The notes under the pieces: model-generated | What the model saw: the letters and a program-made list of their open reading frames with translations, nothing else | What the model was told of the DNA's origin: nothing | Database searches by the model: none | Made by a program: the position numbers and the translations under genes | In this document: piece after piece, positions 1-9,376 of the stretch | Layout: each line of letters opens with the position of its first letter | How positions within the stretch are numbered: the first letter of the stretch is position 1 | DNA from: an uncultured Myxococcales bacterium | GTDB taxonomy: Bacteria > Myxococcota_A > Polyangia > Haliangiales > Haliangiaceae | DNA: 29,195 nt | Assembly (NCBI GenBank): GCA_938004865.1 | Contig: CALKVT010000185.1 | Span: 1 to 29,195 of the forward strand | Direction of reading: 5' to 3'

Positions 1-639
1 AGTGGCGTGCTGCTGCGCCTGCAGCGGGGCCTCGAGGGCATGTATCGCGTCGCGACCGGCGTGTCGGTCGGCGACTTCGTGATCGACGACGACGCCCGCG
101 CCGCGCTCGGCGTCGCGCGCGCGCCGCGCGAGCAGCTGCTCGTCCACGAGGATGCCGACGGCGTCGACATCGGGCTCTTCGTCGACGCCGCCGTGCTCGC
201 CCGCCTGGCGACCCACGATCCGTCGGCGCGCCTCGACGACCAGAACGTGAGCGCGTTCCTCTACGCGCTCGAGGGTGTCAGCCACTTCGTCTACGCGGTC
301 GTGTGCGCGCACGCCGCGCGCGCCGTGTCGCCGCTCGAGCTCGAGCTCCAGGCCGAGGTCGACAAGTACGTCGTCTGCCTGCTCGCCGACGGCAGCGGGG
401 CGACGGCGAGCCCGCGCTGGCGGCGCCGCCTCTACGAGGAGTTCGAGCTCGAGCCCGACCTCGACGCCGAGGAGCGCGACCGCTACCGCGCCGCCAACGA
501 CGGCGCCCGCCGCTACACCGCGTCGCTCGAGCGCCGCTACGTGGCGCGCGGCGGCACGCTCGACATGCTCGCCGAGCTCCGCCGCTTCTATCGCCTGCCG
601 CTCGCCAGCAAGCTCGACCACATCGCCAAGGCAGCCTGA
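1..639 (+). CDS. hypothetical protein; either 5'-partial (frame open from base 1) or GTG start at 7
   Basis: ORF 7..639 has high GC3 and a natural composition (LLVHEDADGVDIGLFVD..., acidic C-terminal half). The frame is open back to base 1. I recognise no family. Confidence 0.6.
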   Translation, partial: SGVLLRLQRGLEGMYRVATGVSVGDFVIDDDARAALGVARAPREQLLVHEDADGVDIGLFVDAAVLARLATHDPSARLDDQNVSAFLYALEGVSHFVYAVVCAHAARAVSPLELELQAEVDKYVVCLLADGSGATASPRWRRRLYEEFELEPDLDAEERDRYRAANDGARRYTASLERRYVARGGTLDMLAELRRFYRLPLASKLDHIAKAA

Positions 640-658
640 CGCCCGCGACGCCCGCGGC

Positions 659-1267
659 TCAGAAGCGGCCGCCGATCGCGAGGCCCGCGCGGTCGCGCGT
701 GAAGGTCGGTGCGACCGCCCAGCCGCGGGCGGCGCGCTCGCGCAGCCGCGCGTTGTGCTTGTGCGCCGCGCCGGGTGCGGTCGCGATGTCGAGGATCGTG
801 CCGAAGACGTACGCGGCGGCGCCGCCGTAGAGCAGGACCGCCCCGGGCGTCTCGTCGCAGTCCCCACCCTCGAAGCCGCATTCGCCGAGCAGGAGGAGCG
901 CGCCGACCATCACGCCGCCCGCGCCGGCGAGCCGCAGCGTGAGGCCATCCGTCCAGGGGTCGCCCGCGTACCAGTGGCCGAACGACGGCGCGAGGAAGGC
1001 GCCGAGCGCGCCGGTCGCCGCCAGCCCTTCGCTCTCCGCCAGGCCACTGCCGGTGGCGAGCACGTACGCGCCGATCGTGCCGCCGAGCGAGAGCGCGAGC
1101 GCCGTGCCCGGACTCCTCTCGCCCGGGAGCGGCCCGGTCGCGGGCGGCGGCGGGGGAAGTGGGCCGTAGGCAGGCGGGGGCGGACCGACCGGCGCGTTCC
1201 CGGGTTGTGCGGCCACGGTGTCAGCCACCGCGCAGAGCACCACGAACGCGACGGCGAGCCCCCTCAT
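659..1267 (-). CDS. secreted/membrane Gly-Ala-rich protein, paralog A (FGHWYAG motif, C-terminal ...GRAGLAIGGRF)
   Basis: ATG at 1267 followed by a signal-like MRGLAVAFVVLCAVADTVAAQ and a Pro-rich linker. Colinear similarity to the next gene (ALALSLGGT, APSFGHWYAG, DIATAP, HNARL, RAGLA-GGRF). Confidence 0.7.
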   Translation of the reverse strand: MRGLAVAFVVLCAVADTVAAQPGNAPVGPPPPAYGPLPPPPPATGPLPGERSPGTALALSLGGTIGAYVLATGSGLAESEGLAATGALGAFLAPSFGHWYAGDPWTDGLTLRLAGAGGVMVGALLLLGECGFEGGDCDETPGAVLLYGGAAAYVFGTILDIATAPGAAHKHNARLRERAARGWAVAPTFTRDRAGLAIGGRF

Positions 1268-1282
1268 CCCTCCATCATGCCA

Positions 1283-1903
1283 TCAGAAGCGGCCGCCGAC
1301 GGCGAGGCCGGCGCGACCGCTCCCGAAGGTCGGCCGCACCGTCACGTCACGGACACGCCCCTCGAGGCGCGCGTTGTGCTCGCGGGCGGCGCGCGGGGCG
1401 GTGGCGATGTCGTTCACCACGCCTCCGACGAACGCGACGCCGCCGCCGATCGCGAGCAGGAGTCCGGGATGGGCGCTGTCGTTGCAGCCCGGGAGGCAGT
1501 CGACGACGAACCACATGACGCCTGCGGTCGCGGCGCCGGCGCCGGCGAGGCGCCACTTGAGCCCCGTCGTCCAGCCCTGGCCCGCGTACCAGTGGCCGAA
1601 GCTCGGTGCCAGCCACACGCCGAGGGCGCCGGCCGTCCCGAGCGTCTCGTTCTCGGTGGCGTCCCCCAGGCTCACGAGCGCGATCGATCCGAGGGTGCCG
1701 CCGAGCGACAGGGCGAGCGCCATGTTCGGGTCCTTGCGCGAGCCGCGCGCGGCCTCCGCCGGTACGGGCGCCGGTGCCGCGGCACCCGTACCGGCCGGCG
1801 TGTTGAGCGGGCTCTGGGACGGCTGCGCCGCGGCCCCTCCGGGAGCGACCTCGAGCGCGAGGAGGAGGGCGAGGGCGGCGACGACGGCGCGGCGGAGCGG
1901 CAT
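1283..1903 (-). CDS. secreted/membrane Gly-Ala-rich protein, paralog B
   Basis: Within ORF 1283..2044, the ATG at 1903 gives the signal peptide MPLRRAVVAALALLLALEVAPGGAAAQ. It shares the motifs of 659..1267 and ends in the same GGRF-stop. Confidence 0.7.
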   Translation of the reverse strand: MPLRRAVVAALALLLALEVAPGGAAAQPSQSPLNTPAGTGAAAPAPVPAEAARGSRKDPNMALALSLGGTLGSIALVSLGDATENETLGTAGALGVWLAPSFGHWYAGQGWTTGLKWRLAGAGAATAGVMWFVVDCLPGCNDSAHPGLLLAIGGGVAFVGGVVNDIATAPRAAREHNARLEGRVRDVTVRPTFGSGRAGLAVGGRF

Positions 1904-1965
1904 GGATGGGCATAGAGCACGGCGCGGACCAAGCCTCGGAGCCCACATGATCCGCCGTGTTGCGT

Positions 1966-2009
1966 GTGACGGTGGCTGACACCGCGCGGGGTGACGGTGG
2001 CTGACACCG
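1966..2009 (+). repeat. two exact 19-bp direct repeats GTGACGGTGGCTGACACCG with a 25-bp period, each containing the 15-mer CGGTGGCTGACACCG
   Basis: Read directly: copies at 1966-1984 and 1991-2009. They lie in the divergent intergenic region between 1903(-) and 2085(+). Confidence 0.95.
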
Positions 2010-2084
2010 TGACGCGCATGCCGTGGTTTCGGGGTTCGGGTCACAACGCGCGGGGGGCCGACTCCAACTGCGCGGAGGCCACGA

Positions 2085-3065
2085 ATGAACGGTTACGTCC
2101 AGACCCGCTGTCCCCGGTGCGGCAACGCCGCGTGGGGTCACCCCATGCAGGCAGTCCCTTGCAACTCGTGTGGACAGCACGTGCCGCCGATGGCCCAGCC
2201 CCAGGGCTGGGGCGCGGCGCCCGGCCTCGGCTCGTTCGGCGCGGTCCCTGGCATGCCGCAGTCGCACCCGCAGCCGCAGCAGCAGCCGCAGGCGTCGTGG
2301 GGCGCGCCCCCTCCCGTCGCCAGCGCGCAGCCGCCGGGCATGGCGGGCTTCGGTCAGCCGGCCCCCGGGTTCGCGCAGCCGCCGCAGCAGGCCGCGCCCG
2401 CGGCCGCCGGCGGGCAGCAGATGCACATGAACCTCCCCTACGGCCTGAAGCTCCCGATCAACGTCGGCGGCAAGGGCATGAAGCTGAAGATCATCGGCGG
2501 CGTGGTCCTCGCGATCGCGCTCGCCGCCGCCGGCGTGTTCTTCAAGGTGAAGAAGACGCCCAAGGGCATGCTCTCGTACGCGTCGATCGGACTGTCCGGC
2601 AAACCGGACGCCGATCTCGCCTACGCGAACCTCGCGAAGGACGCCAGGAAGTGGAAGAAGGACGCCGCCCTCTGGTCGGTGAACTTCCAGGCGGTGCGCG
2701 CCGACGGCACGATCGACGTCGGCCGCGGCGCCGAGGTCGTGTACGTGTCTCCCGGCGCGTCGTCGTCACACGCCAAGAGCGTGCGCTCGGACTCGGTGCG
2801 CAAGTACGGGCTCACCGCGAGCGGCGTGAAGCCGGCCAAGTACGGCTGGAACGACGTCGTCGAGGGCATCGAGGCGCACCCCGAGCCGCAGTGCAAGATC
2901 AAGGACGTCGTGGAGATCCTCAAGAAGCAGGGGCTCACCAGCGACAAGACCGTCCGCATCACGTTCGACCCCAAGTTCGCCGACTTCTACGCGTGGCGCG
3001 TCATCGGCGACGACCCGAAGATCGACGCGCTGTTCGGGTGGTCCGACTGCCAGCCGATCAAGTAG
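2085..3065 (+). CDS. zinc-ribbon / PQ-rich linker / single-TM membrane protein, function unknown
   Basis: GGAGG-like RBS upstream of ATG 2085. Features in order: N-terminal CPRCG...CNSCG (CxxC-x16-CxxC), a Pro/Gln-rich low-complexity segment, the TM helix IIGGVVLAIALAAAGVFF, then a globular C-terminal domain. Confidence 0.75.
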   Translation: MNGYVQTRCPRCGNAAWGHPMQAVPCNSCGQHVPPMAQPQGWGAAPGLGSFGAVPGMPQSHPQPQQQPQASWGAPPPVASAQPPGMAGFGQPAPGFAQPPQQAAPAAAGGQQMHMNLPYGLKLPINVGGKGMKLKIIGGVVLAIALAAAGVFFKVKKTPKGMLSYASIGLSGKPDADLAYANLAKDARKWKKDAALWSVNFQAVRADGTIDVGRGAEVVYVSPGASSSHAKSVRSDSVRKYGLTASGVKPAKYGWNDVVEGIEAHPEPQCKIKDVVEILKKQGLTSDKTVRITFDPKFADFYAWRVIGDDPKIDALFGWSDCQPIK

Positions 3066-3184
3066 CCGTTCTGCGCGTGAGCTTGCTTGCGGGAGCAACG
3101 AGCACCGGGGAGATCTCACACGATTTCGCTTGAGCGCGAACCCACTCGCACCTACCGTGCGCCTCTTCCTGCTGGGGAGCACGG

Positions 3185-4060
3185 ATGGAAGACACCGATC
3201 AAATGTTGCGGGTGACGACGCCGTTCGTCCGCCCCGGGCTCGAGACGCTCGGGATCGACGGCCCGCTGGACTTCACGCCGACGACCGCGCCCGGTAACAC
3301 GCCGGGCACGCCGCGGCGCCGCCTGGCGCGCGGCACGGTCGCGCCGCCGGTCGAGCTCCTGACGCTGCCGACGCCCGCGCTGCCGGTGCGCCTCATCGAC
3401 CCGCCGACCCGCTGGGGCTACCGCGTGCGCGTCGATCTCGACGCCGCGCGCTTCCTCACGCCGCCCGAGCTGGCGCCGGTGTCCGGCGAGATCGACACCG
3501 CGCCGGTGCGCCGGATCGAGGGCACGCCGTGGCGGCTCGTCATTCCGCTCGCCGCGGCGATCCTCGTGGTGCTGTCGGCGATCTACGTCGTCCTGAACGA
3601 CAGGCGAACGACGGTCAGCGAGCACGTTCGTGCTGAGCGAGCGACGAGCGTGAGCGAGGCGCGAGTCGAAGCGCGTGCGGCTGTCCCTCCGACCGTCGTC
3701 ATCCCGCTCCCGGCGGAGCCGGCGGTCGCCCCGGACGCTGACGACGCCGACGACGCCGACGAGATCGAGATGCCGGCGCACGACATCGCGCCCGCGGTGG
3801 CGGCGCCCGCCGCCCCGGCCACGCCTGCGGCCACCCACGGCACGCTCATGATCGGCTCCAAGCCGCCGTGCCGCATCCTCGTCGACGGCAAGGACACGGG
3901 CCTCACCACGCCCAACCGCAGCGTCCGCGTGCCCGCCGGGCGCCGCACGATCACGCTCGTGAACGACGACCTCGGCATCCGCCACAGCGAGACCGTCACG
4001 ATCACCGGCGGCCGCAAGGCCAAGCTGATCCGCGATCTCACGGACCGCATCGACAGCTGA
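3185..4060 (+). CDS. membrane protein with a C-terminal PEGA-like domain
   Basis: TM helix WRLVIPLAAAILVVLSAIYVVL. The C-terminus GTLMIGSKPPCRILVDGKDTGLTTPNRSVRVPAGRRTITLVNDDLG...VTITGG matches the PEGA domain pattern. Confidence 0.75.
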   Translation: MEDTDQMLRVTTPFVRPGLETLGIDGPLDFTPTTAPGNTPGTPRRRLARGTVAPPVELLTLPTPALPVRLIDPPTRWGYRVRVDLDAARFLTPPELAPVSGEIDTAPVRRIEGTPWRLVIPLAAAILVVLSAIYVVLNDRRTTVSEHVRAERATSVSEARVEARAAVPPTVVIPLPAEPAVAPDADDADDADEIEMPAHDIAPAVAAPAAPATPAATHGTLMIGSKPPCRILVDGKDTGLTTPNRSVRVPAGRRTITLVNDDLGIRHSETVTITGGRKAKLIRDLTDRIDS

Positions 4061-4075
4061 ACGCCTGTCGGCTCG

Positions 4076-4966
4076 TCACGGGCGCAGGACGCGGTTGTCG
4101 ATGAGCCGCGTCGTGCCGACGAACACCGCCAGCGCCATCACCGCCGGCCGCGTCACCGTCTCGACCGGCGTGAGCTCGTCGGCGTCGCGCAACTCGACGT
4201 AGTCGATCCGCGCCGACGCCGCCGCCGCGATCGGCGCGCGCGCCGCGGCCACCAGCGCCGCGCCGTCGCGCTCGCCGCCCCGGAACGCCGCCTCGGCCGC
4301 CGCCAGCCCCGCCGACAGCGACAGGGCGTCGCGCCGCTCGTCGGGCGACAGGTACGCGTTGCGCGAGCTCATGGCCAGCCCGTCCGCTTCCCGGACGATC
4401 GGCATGCCGACGATCTCGACGCCCTGATCGAGGTCGCGCACCATGCGCCGGATCACCGCGAGCTGCTGGAAGTCCTTCTCGCCGAAGAAGGCGACGTGGG
4501 GCTGGGTCAGGTTGAACAGCTTGGTCACCACCGTCGCCACGCCCGCGAAGTGCCCCGGCCGCTTCTCGCCGCACAGCGGCCTCGCCAGCTCGCGCACCTC
4601 GACGAACGTCTGCGCGCCGGGCGCGTACATGGCCGCGGCGTCGGGGCAGAAGGCCAGGTCGACGCCGCACGGGCGCGCCTTGGCCAGGTCGCCGTCCTCG
4701 TCGCGCGGGTAGCGCGACAGGTCCTCCCTGGGTCCGAACTGCGTCGGGTTGACGAAGATCGTCAGGATGACGACGTCGGCGCGCGCGCGCGCCGCCCGCA
4801 GGAGCGACAGGTGCCCCTCGTGCAGGTAGCCCATCGTCGGCACGACGGCGATGCGCAGCCCGTCGCGCCGGAGGTCCTCGACCCGTGCGCGCATGGCCCG
4901 CGGGTCGCGGATGATCTCGAACGGCAGGCGCGACGGCAGCGCGGCGTCCGGTCCCGTGGCGCCCAT
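4076..4966 (-). CDS. panC: pantoate--beta-alanine ligase
   Basis: Motifs VPTMGYLHEGHLSL, FVNPTQF, RPGHFAGVATVV, FGEKDFQQ and MSSRN are all diagnostic of PanC. Confidence 0.95.
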   Translation of the reverse strand: MGATGPDAALPSRLPFEIIRDPRAMRARVEDLRRDGLRIAVVPTMGYLHEGHLSLLRAARARADVVILTIFVNPTQFGPREDLSRYPRDEDGDLAKARPCGVDLAFCPDAAAMYAPGAQTFVEVRELARPLCGEKRPGHFAGVATVVTKLFNLTQPHVAFFGEKDFQQLAVIRRMVRDLDQGVEIVGMPIVREADGLAMSSRNAYLSPDERRDALSLSAGLAAAEAAFRGGERDGAALVAAARAPIAAAASARIDYVELRDADELTPVETVTRPAVMALAVFVGTTRLIDNRVLRP

Positions 4967-4975
4967 GGCCTGGCC

Positions 4976-5836
<861 letters not shown>

Positions 5837-5896
5837 GTTGTCCTGGGTCGCCGTCCGTGGAGTGGATCGACGCCTACCGACATCATGGGACCGTTT

Positions 5897-7312
5897 TCAC
5901 TCGCCTGCAACCACCGGGATGCGAACCACGGCGTACGTGTTGGCCGGCGGGCGAGGAAGGCTCAGCGAGAGCCCGAGCTTCTCGAGACACTCCAGCGCCT
6001 GGTTGCGCGCGCTGTCGGCGACGCCGGGCTCCCACACCATCGGCTCGGCGTGGACCCCGGGCTGGAGCAAGGTCGGCGTACGCGGCGCGAGGACGACCGG
6101 GCCCGGCGGACGGTGGTGCCCGCGCTTCACGACCGGGGGAGGCGGGCGGGTCGGCCTCGTCGGCTTGGCCGGCTTGACCGGCTTCGGCGGTGGCAACGCC
6201 TTCACCGGACCCATCTGCGTGATGCGCAGCTCGACGTAGACCTCGGGGACCGGCGCGACACACGCGCGCAAGCTCGGCATCGCGGCGCGCACGGCCTTCT
6301 CGATCGCCGCGCGATCGCCCGAGCCCTGCACGTCGACGTGCGCCGCGAAGTCGACGGCGACCAGCGCGTCGACGTGCTCCTGCGCGCGCGCGCGCCACGG
6401 ATCCTCGGGCGGCGCCTTGGCCAGGAACATGCGGAAGAGGGCGAGCGCGCGCCCCGGCCGGTGGCGCCACCCGAACGCCTGCAGGTACCAGGTGTCGTGC
6501 GCGGGCACGTACGACAGCGGCTCCGACACGCCGGTCACCGTGCCGACGTCACCGGCGTCGGCGGCGATCGCGTCGGCCTCGCCGGGGCGGCGCGCGCGGT
6601 CGTACGCGATCGCGAGCAGCCAGCGCGCGCGCCGCTGACCGATCCGTTCGTTGCGTGCCTGCTCGAACGCGGTGATCGCCTCGCCGAGGCGACCGGCCGC
6701 CATGTACACCTCGCCGAGGCGCAGCCAGCTCTCGCCCGTCGTCTGGCCGCGCGCCACGAGCGCCTCGAGCGCGAGCGTCGCGCGTTCGATGTCGCCGCTG
6801 CGCGCCAGGCACGTCGCCCAGCCGAGCTCGAGCGGTCGCGAGCCGGCGGCGCGGGCGGCCGCCGAGGGGTCCGACTTGCTCTGCAGGGCCGCCGGCAGCC
6901 AGGTCGGATCGATCGCGTACGCCCTGGCGTAGGCCTCGGCGCACAGCTTCCAGTCCATCGGCCTGGCGCCGGCGGCCTTCGCGATCTGCTCGCTCGCCAC
7001 GCCGAGGTAGGCCCATCCGGTGACGAGATCGGGGCGCAGCGCCGTGGCCTCGAGCATGAGCTCGCGCGCGCGCTTCCAGTCCCCGGCGCGGGCGCGCAGG
7101 ATCTCGGTGGCGGCGTCGACGAGCTGCTGGTAGCGGCGCGCGCCGGGTCGGATGACCTCCTCCCAGAAGTCGCTCCGCGCTTCGGCCTCGGCCTCCTTGT
7201 CGACCGGCGGCGGCGGGTGGCGCTTCGACTGCGCCGCGGCCGGCGCGGCGAGGGCGACGGTGGCGGCCGCGACGAGGGCGGTGGCCGCGAGGTGCGCGGC
7301 GCGGGCGTTCAT
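5897..7312 (-). CDS. secreted TPR-like repeat protein with a Pro/Lys-rich linker and a C-terminal small domain
   Basis: The ATG at 7312 (inside the long ORF 5897..8017) gives the signal peptide MNARAAHLAATALVAAATVALAAPAAAQ. Helical-repeat body (AYLGVA..., WLRLGEVYMAAGRLGEAITAFEQA). Linker PPPKPVKPAKPTRPTRPPPP. The start overlaps the upstream stop (ATGA). Confidence 0.75.
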   Translation of the reverse strand: MNARAAHLAATALVAAATVALAAPAAAQSKRHPPPPVDKEAEAEARSDFWEEVIRPGARRYQQLVDAATEILRARAGDWKRARELMLEATALRPDLVTGWAYLGVASEQIAKAAGARPMDWKLCAEAYARAYAIDPTWLPAALQSKSDPSAAARAAGSRPLELGWATCLARSGDIERATLALEALVARGQTTGESWLRLGEVYMAAGRLGEAITAFEQARNERIGQRRARWLLAIAYDRARRPGEADAIAADAGDVGTVTGVSEPLSYVPAHDTWYLQAFGWRHRPGRALALFRMFLAKAPPEDPWRARAQEHVDALVAVDFAAHVDVQGSGDRAAIEKAVRAAMPSLRACVAPVPEVYVELRITQMGPVKALPPPKPVKPAKPTRPTRPPPPVVKRGHHRPPGPVVLAPRTPTLLQPGVHAEPMVWEPGVADSARNQALECLEKLGLSLSLPRPPANTYAVVRIPVVAGE

Positions 7313-8352
7313 GGGATGGGGGCCCCGCGCTCCCAGTCGCGGGTCGCGTCGACGGGCTTGCGCTTGCTGCGCCGCTCGACGAGGGCGGCGCGGTTGGCGC
7401 GGGCGCGGGGCGCGAACTGCGGGTGCGCGCCGGAGGCGAGGAACTCGTCGTAGTAACGGATCGCGGCCTCGTCGATGCCGTTGGCCTCGTAGCCGAGCGC
7501 CAGGTAGTAGTAGGCCTCGCCCTCGGGGACGTAGAACACGTCGCGGGAGACGATCGCGGCCTCGAGATCGCGGACGCCGCGGATGCCGAACGAGCGGAGG
7601 ATCGTCCGCGCCTGCTGGCCCTGCTCGTCGCGATCGAGCGCGACCGCGAGCCCGAAATAGAGCGAGACGCCCTGCGCCAGCTCGAGCGTGCGCCCGTACT
7701 GGATGATCGCGGCGTCGAGATCGCCCAGCATCATCTCGGTCTCGGCGAGGTTGCCGGACGCGAGGGCTCCGAACCGGTTCTGGCGTGGGGTGACGCGGGC
7801 GAGGAGCTTCTTGTAGTCGTCGCGGGCGTGCGCGAGGTGCTCCGCCGTGGCGAGCTTGGTGTGCAGGATCGCGCGCTCGAAGAGGATGTCGTCCTCGAGC
7901 CGCGGATCGAGCGGCGCCTTGGCCTCGAAGGCGTCCCAGTGCCGGATGACCCGCCGGGCGTGACGCTGGAACGTGTCGGCCCCGCGGCAGAGCGCGGCCG
8001 CCTCGTGCGGGTTGCACTCGAGGTAGAAGCGCAGGATCGCGGCGGCGGCGCGGAAGTGCGGCTCGGGCGCGTCGGGGCGCGCGCGGGTGGCGGCCTCGTA
8101 GGACTCGATCGCGAGCTTGAGCTCCTTCTCACGCGACGCCCGCATCGTCGCCGCGACCGCCAAGTCGAGGTGGGTGTCGCCGTCGAACATCGCCTGGTCG
8201 TAGGCGCGCTGGGCGATCTCGTCCTCGGGATCGCGGGCGAGAGACTTCCACGTGTCCTCGGGATCGCGCACCCGGCGCGCACCGTCGTCGGCGAGCGCGG
8301 GCGTGGCGGCGACGCCGAGCGCGAGCGCGAGCGCGAGGACGCGCGTGCTCAC
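7309..8352 (-). CDS. secreted TPR-like repeat protein
   Basis: The GTG at 8352 gives the signal peptide VSTRVLALALALGVAATPALA. Helical-repeat composition (GNLAETEMMLGDLDAAIIQYGRTLELA, YYYLALGYEANGIDEAAIRYYDEFL). GTGA overlap with the upstream stop. Confidence 0.7.
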   Translation of the reverse strand: MSTRVLALALALGVAATPALADDGARRVRDPEDTWKSLARDPEDEIAQRAYDQAMFDGDTHLDLAVAATMRASREKELKLAIESYEAATRARPDAPEPHFRAAAAILRFYLECNPHEAAALCRGADTFQRHARRVIRHWDAFEAKAPLDPRLEDDILFERAILHTKLATAEHLAHARDDYKKLLARVTPRQNRFGALASGNLAETEMMLGDLDAAIIQYGRTLELAQGVSLYFGLAVALDRDEQGQQARTILRSFGIRGVRDLEAAIVSRDVFYVPEGEAYYYLALGYEANGIDEAAIRYYDEFLASGAHPQFAPRARANRAALVERRSKRKPVDATRDWERGAPIP

Positions 8353-9326
8353 CGGCGCCTCCGCGACGACGCGCCCGGGCGCCGCTCGGCGAGGATGCGG
8401 TCGACCGCCTCGAGGTGCGCGCGGGCGCGCGCGGTGCCGCCGGCGAGCGGCAGCCGCACGTACGCCGCCCACTCGGTGCGCGCCTCGTGCAGGAAGCCGG
8501 CGGTCTCGTACATGAAGGCCCGAGCGTAATGGATCTCGGCCGCCGGCACAGGGGGCGCGAGCGCGAGGCCGGCCTCCATGCGCTCGGCGTACGAGCTGGT
8601 GAGCGCGGTCTGCGCCCGCACCACGAGCTCGAACGCGTGCGACACCTGCTCGTCGCGATCGTAGAGCAGGGCGAGCGTGAGCCACTCGAGCGACTCCTCG
8701 ACGTCCCAGTTGCCCGACGCCGCCTCGACGCGCGGGCGCAGGAGGTCGATCGCGTCGGCGGTGAGGCCGGCGCCGTCGAGCGCGTGGGCGAGGTACACCG
8801 ACGCGATCGTCTGGGTGCGCCGGTCGGGGCGCTCGCTCAGCACGAGGCGCAGCGGCGCGATCGCGTCGGCGGGGCGGCCGCGGCGGAGCGCGAGCTTGCC
8901 GAGCCGCACGAGCGCGTCGCTGCGCGCGGCGCCGCGCGGCGCCCGCTGCGACGCCTCGGTGAGGAAGCGGACGGCCTCGGGCGTGCGGCCGGCCTCGTCG
9001 GCGAGCGCGCCCAGGTAATAGACGACCTCGAGGTCGCCGGGGTCGAGCGAGCGCGCGTGGCGCGCCATGCGGGTCGCCTCGGCGAGCACGCGCGCCCGGT
9101 GGTCGGGGTTCCAGTCGGCGGCGACGATCGCGAGCGCGTCCTTGAGCTGCAGCTTGATCGCCGAGACCTCGTCACGGTGGGGCGACACCACTTCCCCCCA
9201 GAACTCGCCGTGATCGCGCACATCTGGATCCCGCTGCGGCGCCCCGGCGGCCGGCCCCGGCGCGGCGGCCAGCCCGAGGGCGAGGGCGGCGGCCGAGACG
9301 GCTACGGCGGAGGCGAGGGCGCGCAC
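8349..9326 (-). CDS. secreted TPR-like repeat protein (alternative GTG start at 9389)
   Basis: The GTG at 9326 gives the signal peptide VRALASAVAVSAAALALGLAAAPGPAAG. The alternative GTG at 9389 lies inside a repeat motif copy. The body has TPR-like helices (VVYYLGALADEAGRTPEAVRFLTEA). Confidence 0.65.
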   Translation of the reverse strand: MRALASAVAVSAAALALGLAAAPGPAAGAPQRDPDVRDHGEFWGEVVSPHRDEVSAIKLQLKDALAIVAADWNPDHRARVLAEATRMARHARSLDPGDLEVVYYLGALADEAGRTPEAVRFLTEASQRAPRGAARSDALVRLGKLALRRGRPADAIAPLRLVLSERPDRRTQTIASVYLAHALDGAGLTADAIDLLRPRVEAASGNWDVEESLEWLTLALLYDRDEQVSHAFELVVRAQTALTSSYAERMEAGLALAPPVPAAEIHYARAFMYETAGFLHEARTEWAAYVRLPLAGGTARARAHLEAVDRILAERRPGASSRRRR

Positions 9327-9376
9327 GACCCCGTGAGTATGCGCGCCACGATCGGGTGGCACCACCCCGCTCCCGC

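Noticed and set aside
275-2426. ORFs 275..1915(+), 1347..2426(-) and other long Arg/Pro-rich ORFs across the paralog pair
   Set aside because: Off-frame or antisense artefacts. The minus-strand frames with signal peptides and shared motifs are the credible genes.
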